This document shows, in pieces, positions 1 to 11,500 of a stretch of 64,000 nucleotides of DNA; position 1 is the first letter of the stretch, and each line of letters starts with the position of its first letter. The notes beneath the pieces were generated by a model that saw only the letters and a program-made list of their open reading frames with translations, was not told the DNA's origin and searched no databases. Made by a program: the position numbers and the translations under genes. The DNA comes from Octopus bimaculoides (lineage: Eukaryota), in NCBI RefSeq assembly GCF_001194135.2, contig NC_069000.1:17688476-17752475 (forward strand). Direction: 5' to 3'.

Positions 1-32
<32 letters not shown>
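1..32. repeat. (AT)n microsatellite
   Basis: Direct reading. Confidence 0.95.
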
Positions 33-34
<2 letters not shown>

Positions 35-787
35 CTAGCAGAGTAAGTCAAATAGACATTTTATATTCTTTAAAAATAAAATAGAAAAAAGAGAAACCAC
101 AACTTCCAGGTATTTACTAGAAAGATTGATAAAAGTCTGTGTAAGCTATTTGAAAAAAAATTCTCAAGCAGCTAAAAAAAAGTCCTGTACAGGTTTTAGG
201 ATTTTAGTGTATGTAACATTTGGTTAATATAAATGAGACTTGTCACATATTTCTCACTCAGGTTAAATACATGGTTTCACAACATCAGTCACTCTCTCAT
301 CCAATCAATTTAAACAAACAAAATCCCCATCTACAAGAGGAAGCACACAGTCATATGAAAAAGTATAGTATTTTAGGAGTTATTTGTTGTGTTTAATTTT
401 GTTTTTTTCTTTTGTTTTTTTTTGTCTTTTCTTTTCGTTTTTTTTTAATATAAATATATTGAAAAATGCAGGTAAAAGATAGGAGGCATACAAGCAGATT
501 AAATTGCTTGATGAATTAACACTATTTTGAAGTTAATAAATTTAACCATGATGAGAGGAACTATCTGAGAAGGAGGGGGAAGAGGAACAGATCTAAGACA
601 ATTCATTGTGGCTCCCACTTGCTGCACTAATCTTTTACAGGTGAGTGGTGAGGAAACAATGGGTGCAGCAGTCGGTACCAACCCAAACAATTGCCAAATA
701 TTTCCCACAATTCACTACTCAGGGTACAAAATTTTTTTTTTTTTTGTAATCATATCTATTTTGAAAATCTAATTACACTTTACATTA

Positions 788-999
788 NNNNNNNNNNNNN
801 NNNNNNNNNNNNNNNNNNNNNNNNNNNNNNNNNNNNNNNNNNNNNNNNNNNNNNNNNNNNNNNNNNNNNNNNNNNNNNNNNNNNNNNNNNNNNNNNNNNN
901 NNNNNNNNNNNNNNNNNNNNNNNNNNNNNNNNNNNNNNNNNNNNNNNNNNNNNNNNNNNNNNNNNNNNNNNNNNNNNNNNNNNNNNNNNNNNNNNNNNN
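788..999. other. Assembly gap; others at 16252-16637, 19658-20113, 33112-33145, 36796-37367, 60801-60810
   Basis: N runs. Confidence 0.99.
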
Positions 1000-1471
1000 T
1001 TTGTTTGTTTTGTTTTTTTTAATCAAAACCTTAAGTTTTGGACGAAAATAAAAACGTTAGATTTATTTATCCCAGGATAAACAAAACATGTAGCCATTTA
1101 GTGTCAAAGAATATAAAACCAAAAGCTGGTACACTTAGGCACTTTGTAAAAATGTACATCATTTTAATTTTGGTTTTTATTGACAACCTACAAAAGAGGC
1201 ATGTATTTTGAGGGAGAAAACTGGGAGATCCAGGCTTTCATCAGGAGTATTAGCAGTGTAAGTCAATTAGCTTGAATTGAAAACCAATACTATACCAGAG
1301 GCCTGGTTTACAAGGTGCTCACCTCTTCTTGCTCGTCAGCACTCACCACAGATATCACTAAACTAGCATCAACTCAAACGAAGTAAGCGATAAAACCTGA
1401 AGTATAAAACAATTACGCATATACTATCCATAAACAGCCAACCAGTCAGCAGCAAGTGACTACTAATGAGT

Positions 1472-1474
<3 letters not shown>

Positions 1475-1507
<33 letters not shown>
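1475..1507. repeat. (GT)n microsatellite
   Basis: Direct reading. Confidence 0.95.
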
Positions 1508-1508
<1 letters not shown>

Positions 1509-1805
1509 TTAGAAGACAATGACCTCTGTGTCAAAAATCAGAGAGTAAACATGACATACTTTACAGAGGCTCCAACAACAATAAAGGGGTTAAAAAAAAA
1601 ATATAGCTACAAAATAGATATCAGTTCCAGAGAATAGCTAGTATGAGAGTTTTACACGTTCTAAAATGATGTGAGAAATGAGTATGATCCCTTAGACAGG
1701 AGAAAAAAAAAAAAAAAAAAAAAAAAAAAATAGCAGCCTCCGGCATCTAACAATGATGCTTCTTTTGATTTCAGTTTATCTTATGACAGCATATTTTCTT
1801 TTTGT

Positions 1806-1811
1806 TTTATT
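1806..1811 (-). terminator. Candidate USP10 poly(A) signal AATAAA
   Basis: First AATAAA on minus, about 116 nt after the stop; other candidates lie further downstream. Confidence 0.35.
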
Positions 1812-1926
1812 ACTAAGGTATTAGCTGGTTCGTTGAGGTGGGGCTGTAGGCATGATTTGGGTGAGAGTCACAAGGAAGTAAGGTATCCCAACTCAGAGTT
1901 CAGAAACAAAAAAAAAAACTTTAGTG

Positions 1927-2114
1927 TCAACTGAGATCGCAGCGTCTATAAAACAATAAATAAGGAATCCGGTTTAGAACGAATTTCAGGACATGAGTTG
2001 GTGATACTTGTCTCACGACTCCATCATCATACAGGATCCAGTTGTTGATGCCACAGTGATAAACACAGGCGGTATAATGTCCTCCTGTTGCATTCTTGCC
2101 ATGGTGAAATATAA
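1927..2114 (-). CDS. USP10: USP10 exon 15 (last): His box, stop TGA
   Basis: Acceptor ttttctatttgcag; [20 protein letters not shown]...YDDG...[12 protein letters not shown]. Confidence 0.96.
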
Positions 2115-5100
2115 CTGCAAATAGAAAAGAAACCATCAAATATTTAATTTTAGAGAAACATTTCTAATATAGCTTTACAACCATTGCTCTGTACTTGCTA
2201 TGGATGGAATGATTACTTACTGGGACCAAGTGTTTTAAGATGGATGTCCATTTCACTACAAGTCACTTAACTCTGGAGAAGAGAGTGGAATCTGGGATTT
2301 TGCTCAATCAGGTAAACTGGGGAAGCAAAGCTAGGTGCTGCTACTTTGCACCAGGACACAAATGGCTGTAGCAGCAACATTTGAACTACAAAGCCAGTTG
2401 TCTTTCAAGACTAATATTTCAGCTCTTTAACTGGTACTCCATCGGTTACAAGTGCTCCAGTTGATCCGATGAATAGAACAGATTACTCATGAAACATACA
2501 TGCAAGTAGCCGAGTACTCCAGACATGCATACCTTTAATGTAGTTCTCAGAGATTCAGCATGACACAGAATGTAACAAGACTGACCCTTTGAATTACAGG
2601 TAATTTTTTTCCAACTGAATGGACTGTAACAATATGAAATAAAGTGTCTTGCTCAAAGACACAATGTGCCTCTGGGGATCAAACTCATGACCTTACAACT
2701 GTGAGTCGAATGCCCCAACCACAAAGCTACATGTCTTCACTTATATTTCAGCTCTTATACAGCACTTAATGTGTTGAGCAACGTGACAAATTTAACATTT
2801 TCAAAATTATTTTACAGCATAAACCAATGGAATGTATATGCTGAACCAAAGAACTGTTTAGAAAAAAAAAAAAAAAAAAAAAAAGAAATAGAGCTAAACA
2901 AAAAATATTTACCAGCAAAAAGCTTATAGCTTCTTTGAGCCATTGGGATTCTTGAGCGAACTGGAGACAACAGTTCTAAAACAGAACAACAATGATTAGT
3001 ATTCATTCAAAATTAACAGTTCTCATCAACACATCCCTTACTTGATAAGATAAAATTATGACATCCTATATTAACAGCCCCAAATAATATAGATTAGTAG
3101 TGATCAAACAATATAGAAAAAGACCAACAGAAAAATTCAATACAAACTGGAGTTTTTCACAATGCAATTCTAAAATTAAAACCATGTTTGCAGTTAAAAT
3201 ACACCAATGAAAACCTGGTCAAGAGTTTATTGTGAAGAAATTCAAGCCAAGGCACATAGCTACTGCTTCACTTTGCTGACAATGCTACAACTATGATGAA
3301 TAAGCATATAAACAATTGCTCTCAAAACCATTTAAAAAAAAAAAATACAAACAGGAAACATTGGATGTACAACTAAATTTAGAGAGGCCAAGTGGGTAAG
3401 TTGGCCAGTCAAGATGCCAGAAGAGTTCAGCAGTATATTCTATCAGTAGTCACAATACTTTATGAGCTCAATCCACTCTGCTTGTGTGTAGGTTACTGCA
3501 GGGTAGGAACAATGCAATCCTAAGTTAGCTGAGAGTGCTACGTTCACTAATTCCTGTGGATATAGAGAACGGGAAGGGAAATCACTCCAGCACAATCTAA
3601 TCTCCACAACCAATGGTATTCAAAACCAATCAAAGTGAAGTTGGATGAACAACTTTATATATTACCCATTATCCTTTTTTCATCTTCAATCTCATTGTTT
3701 CTTTACATTTGACATCTCAAATACAAAACATTGAAAAAAAAATCAGTGCTGGTTATAATTTCTATAGAGTGACTGAGGACATGTTCCAAGAGTGATAAAA
3801 ATCAAACATCTAGTCAACACATGGTGTTTGGAGTGATCACTAGTTATGCCTCCATTCATCTTCCCACACAGCCTCAGAGTCAACACAGAGGCCTACATCC
3901 AGTGCCTGGAGGAGGTAATGCTGCCCTGGGTCAAGAGGGTGGCTGCTGGAACACCCTATGTCTGGCAACAGGACTCACACCATGCCACACAAGTAGGAGA
4001 ACCCAGTTGTGGCTGTCAGACAATTATAGGGTAGGTGTGAGAGGTTGGATCTCATTAGTTTGAACATAAAACAGGTAGAATAATTGGGCTGGATACAGCC
4101 AGTTTAAATGCTGAAGGATTAAACAAATGTAATTTCTTGCACTAGGTTCTTAGAGAAAACAATTACAAAAGTTCTAAGTGAAAGGACTGATGCCTTTAAA
4201 ATAATTCTCATTTGCACACACAACATCAAGACACTTTCAAACTAAATTTTATAATAGACTGGCAAAAATGTTCCTTCTATAGGAATCTCTGTACACTTGA
4301 AATATATAAATAAAAAATAGTCTCTGTATTACCTTTACTTATATCTAGTTCTATTGGGTAATCAATCTTCTTTAAGACCTTCTGGATCCCTCCATTCTTA
4401 TCATAGATAAAACATTTGAAATGTAGAATAAGTACTGGTGGTAGTTCTTCAAGAGTAACTTTTTTGGTTATTTCCACCTGAAAAACAAGATGTATTTCTA
4501 ATATAAAATAACTGAAATACATACACACTCACCTATATATACATTCATACACATACATATTTACACACAACACATAAAGCACACACATGTTAGTATTTAG
4601 TGAATACAAATACTTTTACACAACTTAATATTTCTGTCAAATCTATCTCAGTTTGCCATTTCATTTAATGAGAAACATTTCTCACAATACATATTCACAA
4701 TATCCTACAAGTGATTAATTGTCAGAACATTAACTTTTAAGAGTATTAAAGTGAATCCTCCACTGTGTTGTTTTGTATATAACTTTTTTCATATCCCATT
4801 TAAGAAATTTTAGCAAAGTTAACTTAATGCCTTCACCCCAACAACACAAACCAGAATTACAACATTTTAAAAATCATTATATATGAAACTGTGTCAATGA
4901 GCAGATTTCATACCTCATGTGATAAGTTTAAAGGGAATTAGCTGTGCGTGTTAAATGGCTATTACATGATGTAATTCTTTTAGTTTTCAACACTGTCAGA
5001 TCAACTCCCATGCTAAATAAGTACAATTCTCAAACAGATATTACTAGTACTGATATTAAAAAATCCAAACCAATCAACCCCTGTACCTAATTGCTTTTTA

Positions 5101-8100
5101 GGTACAGAGGTATGAAATGGTACTGGGGTATGAAATGAATGGAAGTTAACACCAACCACATGATTTGATCTTAGAACTTAAAATGACAGAATATTTCATC
5201 TGTTACTCTAGTTTTTGACAGTCCATTGCTTATCAAATCTAGCACCATCAGCACTGTTCTATAAAACTGGTCTCCCTTTTCCCCCCACTGAATTTGATTC
5301 AATCAAACCCCAATTCCTTTCATCTTTAGTATCAAAAATATGTATTTTCCACACTGGGTCAATGAAAAAGCCTTAACTTTTTGCCTGTCCCATATAGCAT
5401 ATGGGGTATAATAAACATATTTCCTTAGCATCCATGCTTCCTACACAACACACATTCCCCTTTATTTTTCAACCACTAGGATTTATAATAGGAAAGCTTT
5501 ATATTAATCAAACAAGGGTTAACTAAAAGTCTGAAAACAAGCATGGATGTTTAGAACAAACTTAAGAAAATGCTTTGGACAAAGGTTAACCTGCTAGACA
5601 TCAACCAAATCTTCCCCAAATCACACCTTACTATCTTAAAGAAAGTGAGCATTGATAAATGTAGTTCCAGTTTGACTATATCAGAGCAGGAGGAATGATC
5701 ATGGCTGAAACCACTTGCCAGACAAGTACAAATGACATTTCAATTGATTTTTCAAAACAACTTGTTAATTTATTAGTATTTTATAACATACAAATTGGGG
5801 AAATGACAACTTGAATGCCAATAAATAAATTGATGAACTCAATGTTCATATTTAACAACAAAAACTTAAAATATTATATTTCAGTTACAAAGCCAATTAG
5901 ATAGTCTTTTTTTCTTTTTTCATTGAAAAATAAAAATAAAATGGAAAAGCTCAAAAAACGTTTTCATTTTGGAATAATTTGCTTCAAATTGTCTAACAGG
6001 ATTTTGTTATAAAAAAGTGCTGCCTACCTCTGTATTAGTCTTTGAGCATGTATAACCATGAACTGCTTCTTTACTTACAAGGCCTTCAAGAGCATCCTTC
6101 ACATTCCAGACTTTATCAGACTTCAAAATAATAATTATATATAAGTACATTTTAATCATGTTGAACAATTTCCACCCCCACCCCCAAATTCTTTTTTTTT
6201 TTTTTTTTTTTTTTTTTAATCTGCATATAAGGAAGAATAAGTACAAAAATTTATTTTGGATCAGTTATTTATTATGAAGTTACTGATAGAAAATGGGAAC
6301 AACAGCATGAAATAAGTGACAGATACCTCGGAGTACAGTGGAGGTTTATTTTAGTTCAAATATATATTTACTAGACATCTCTGAACAAAAATATACAGGA
6401 TATGTTAAGAGGTTAAACAATTGCTTGCAAAAATGAAATTTTCACTATTTTTGTAAGCTACTAGATGGAGAGAAGATTTGAGTAAAGACAGTTTATTTGT
6501 TTCTTCCAGTTTCAGTCAAAAAAAGACATATTCCACCTGAAGACTTCTTGCATTGACAAAACATCTTTAAAAGATAAGATATTTTTTAATGCAGATTTAT
6601 AGCACCTAGTATCAGTAACTGCTAAAATTTCCCCTTCAATACCCTCTATCAAGAGAGAAAGGGTATGGGTGTATTATGTACAACCCAACACTCTCCCTCT
6701 CATATATATAAATGGAAGTTGGTTATTATAACCAGTTATCAAAATGAATAGGCCCCAAACTATTTGCTTAATGTTATCACCCAATTATTGTTCCTGAAAA
6801 GGCTTTTTATCCCAATAAGCAGTTTCTACTGCATTTGTGTTTATATATTAATATTACTTATTACTTATACAGAGCAAACTATTTAGAAAAGAAAATATTT
6901 ACCTGTATGTCTAACTGTAGTGTGAAGAATGGCTGAAGTGTGGCAGATTCTTTGGAGGCAACCTGATACACAGCAGACCTCATTTGACCAGCAAATATAT
7001 CAGAAACACAACTCCTGGTAAAATTGGCCTACACAAAGGGATTACAATGAATATTTTGTATTAGAAAGTGAAACAGAAAGATAAAAAAGTCAAATCCCTA
7101 GGATACAATAAATAGTTATTTAAAGACTAATTTTTTTTAATCAACAATGTAAATCACAAGTGGAAGAGATATACTTGTAATGTCTACATCTATTCTTTTG
7201 TAAATTCGGGCATCTAACAGTAATTGAAGCCAATGTTTCACCAACCAGATAATATTCCTTCCCAACTATCAAGTAGAGACTTAACAGGCAAGCAAAGTTA
7301 TGTACTTTTACCCAGATTAAAACACTGGCCATGTAAGAGTTCTAAACAATAACTACAGACTACAAATTGTGTTTCAAATTCACATATATTGATTATCAAA
7401 TAAAAAATACAATTTCTACCTTCTGAAAATTAACTGACACCATAAAGTTTTCAGTTTTTTTTTAAGTTCATTTTTCAATAGAATTATATGGATCAGCAAT
7501 ATTCATGTCACCAACAATCATGAATGTACAGTATGGTTTAGAAGTGTTTTGCAGATATAAAGTTCCAGATTTGATTTCACTCTGATACAACTTAGGTAAA
7601 TGTATCATACTATAATAGCCTTCAGTTGAACAGCTTGCATGTGTAATTCAGAAACTAAGTGGAAGCCTATAGAATACTTTTCTAATAGTTCCTTCAATTG
7701 TTCAGTACTAAGCTAGATACTCACTTGTCACTCTCACCATTAGGAATGCTGTGAATTATTAACTCACTGAAAACCTGAATGCAACAATATAATACTCTTG
7801 TTCACCAATTATGATATAAAGTGTTTTCATCTCTCAACAACATGTAACCACACCAGATAAACATGCTGTACATTCTGACATTTTATAAAGTGAAATTTGG
7901 ATTTTGCTTTCTAAAAAATTTTTTTCCATAACTTTTATTCATGACACAAATAGATACATGTTGGATATAAAGTCCAAATATTTTAATTTCCAATCATGGT
8001 GGTAAATTTATCAATATTGAAAGCAGGAACAAATATATTCCAAAAATACAAGAGGCCATATCCAATATTTAACACAAGTCCAGTATGTAAGTAAACTCAA

Positions 8101-10176
8101 ATGTCATAATAAAAATCATACCCTTCGTGTGTAAACTGTCTTGTTTTTCGGTCCAACTTGCTCCCAGTCATCATCGGTATTGGCATTCTCATCAGGAAGA
8201 AAACCATTTTCCTTGTGTCTTGAATTATGATTCTCATCTGAATTTAAGAGATTTTTAAACATTAAAAAAAAATTAAGCTCTACAATAATCTATGTAGAAA
8301 CTGATGCCACTTAGAAAAAATTTGGAATATAGTGAATGTAGAAGAGATTAGAACCGTTATCAAGTCTGACAATCATCAGCATTATGAAGGGATCAAAATA
8401 GCTGACTGGTCCAAATACTGGCATAAGAGTTAACTCCAATAAAAACATCTTCGGAACAAGAACTGGTTAACACAGCATGTATAATAGCATAAAATACATT
8501 TAAATATTGACAAAATATTTAGAAAAATTATATTTCATATTCATTTGCTTAACTTTTGGTTAATATTAATTCAAATTTTTCCCATTATATAACAATGTGG
8601 GAATGACAAATGTACATCCAAAACAGAACTACTCATAGATGAAATAAAAATTACACCATTTTGTTAAGTTAACCAAAAAATTTGGAAATTAAAAATCAAA
8701 CTAAAAGTTTCAGTTTATACAATCAACTATGCTGAAAGCTTCAGCTATTAAGTCTAATACTGAAATTCCAGTTATAAACAAATCAGATAATTACCCGACT
8801 GATTAGGATTGTTATTTGCAACATTTACCACAGCAAGCATCTCTTCATGAAGTTTGTTTAACACAAAACTCAAAAACTCCTCAGCATCTTCTTGCTTCCC
8901 AAACTAAAAAAAAAAATGAATATAATGATAACCTACTGCTTGAGAGAGAGAGAGAGAATAATCAACACACAAGTTTAGACTGCTGCTAGTATTCTTGTAA
9001 GCATTCAAAGACAAAGACTCATACTGTGTAGCATTCCAATGAACTGAGACAAAAATCAAGTATCTATGCCAGTGGTTCCCAAACTTTTCAGGGACGCGAC
9101 CCACTATTTATGACACCAGTTTATGGCGACCCACTTAACTCTACTGGGTAAAAACAGTAATGAAAGCAACAAATTTATTTCAGATTACATTTTCATTGAG
9201 GCCTGTGAGAAGGATGAGCCTGTTTCTTGCTACGCTCAATAATAGAATTAAAAAAGCCTACTGCTTGATAAAACAACCAGTCTGGTATTGAAAACATGAG
9301 TCTTGAACTATCTCGATAGACAGCAGTTAATCAAAGATAATGCGTAATTTTATAACTTTTTGCGACCCATCAATGGGTTGCGACTCATAGTTTGGGAACC
9401 ACTGATCTATGCTGTAGTGAGAAAGGGAGAGAATGAATCTACAGAAAAAGATCAAAAAATTAAAGGCTAATCTCAGAATGCTGATTGTCACATAGGAGAT
9501 GACAAAGGACCACGTGGCAAGGCAGATCCTATGTAAGAGAAGACCTATCTGACTCAGCATAGTAATCAGATAATGAAGAAGGTTTTATAACATCTCAGGT
9601 CTTCCAAATTATCTGAAAATGAAGAACAGAGTGTAATTGCCTAGACTTTAGACAAATACATCTTAAACTTTACTACTTGGAAATGTAATCAATTGTGAAT
9701 GAACAGTCCAAAAAGATGTCATAAAATACCAAAATACTACAGTGATGTACAATTCAACAAACTCTTTAAAAATAGTCTAGAATCAGTTTTAATCTAAACT
9801 GCAGCCACAAATGGCTTAACTTGCATTTAACCCTCATTATGGCTTAACCCTTTAGCATTTAAAGAGGCCATATCCAAAATAGTCTATTTTATGTTCAAGC
9901 AGGCTAGATCCAGCCTCTCACTCCCATCCTACAATGTCATTGTAAAATAAACAATCACATCATGAAAATCTCAAAGCTATGAGAATGTATGATTAATTAA
10001 AAACAAAGTAAATAGGCACAGGAGTAGCTGTGTGGTAAGAAGCTTGCTTCCTAGCCACATGGTTCCGGGTTCAGTCCCACTGCGTGACACCTTGGGCAAG
10101 TGTCTTCTACTATAGCCTCGGGCCAACTAAAGCCTTGTGAGTGGATTTGGTAGACGGAAACTGAAATAAGCCCATC

Positions 10177-10243
<67 letters not shown>

Positions 10244-11462
10244 CCCTCATCATTGCTTGACAGCCAATGTCAGTGTGTTAATGTACTAGGCTTACAAAGA
10301 ATAAGTCCTGAGGTCGATTTCTTCAACTAAAGGTGGTGCTCCAGCATGGCTGCAGTCAAATGACTGAAATGTGTAAATGAGTAAATAATCTGAATGCTAA
10401 TAGATTCTGGTGTAAAAATGTAGCAATCAGTTGTCTAAATTATACTTTTGGTTCCAGTATATTACACTTGAGAAAATATTGATTTGGAAATGACATAAGT
10501 GGGTTTAAGTTATAAAGTTAGATTGTTTTGTAGCTGTTCTGTCAAAAAACCAAGAGACAAAGCTTTGGAACAGAGAGCGCCAGAGAATGAAGATAGGGAA
10601 AATAATGTCAAACATTTCTCAGTTGTATCAGAAAATAGATTATGAACTCTTGAAAGACATCAGCAGAGCAGTAAAACTTCTCAAATAAAAATGTATATTC
10701 CACAGTATACTGAGGATATTCACCTTGAAAGACAGGGTAGATTCTATCATGTGCAGCATATTATACACACATGATGGTTCAAAAGGGGGTCCTGGGATTA
10801 ATTCTGCAGAAGGTGAGCGTTTCTTAGAAGCTGAAGATAAAAGAATGGAAATAGATTGGAAATTAGAACATTTTTACGTTAATTAAAGAGTAAACAGAAA
10901 TGAACAACTTTAAATAGAAAGAAAAAGAACTAATTTATTTTACATTCTTAAATTATACAATATAGATTTACCTGAATTAGGCATAGTATTGAACTCATTC
11001 ATAAACTGGAACCTGAAAAACAAGATTTTCTAAAATGTTTACAAAAGACAAAATTATTTCATACATAAAATACAAAAAAAAATTTACAAATTTTATACAA
11101 CTAGATGTAAAATGAAATACTTACATGGCATCTAAAACTGGTGTTGAGCTGGGCCCACGCTGTTTAATTGAAACAAGTGGCAGCTTTTTTATTAGATGGT
11201 AAAAGGGTGGACAAGATAAGAGAGCCTGTAAGGTCTGAGAGCATGGTTAAGGTAAAGTAGAATTACAGAAATCAATATCAACAAACTGTTACATTGGCCA
11301 AAATTTCAACACCATACACTAATTATTTACATTCGAAGGATATTTATCCTCATCTTTTTTGTTGTTTACAACATTATGGCTGATATACCTTCCAGCCTTC
11401 TTCAGCTGTCTTGAGGAAATTTCGAACCTGGGTTCTTATTCCTAAGGTATTTTTCGATGTTA

Positions 11463-11500
<38 letters not shown>

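Noticed and set aside
627-646. Recursive-splice-like CTAAT...CAG|GTGAGT on plus
   Set aside because: No plus-strand host gene is evident here; a single short motif can be chance
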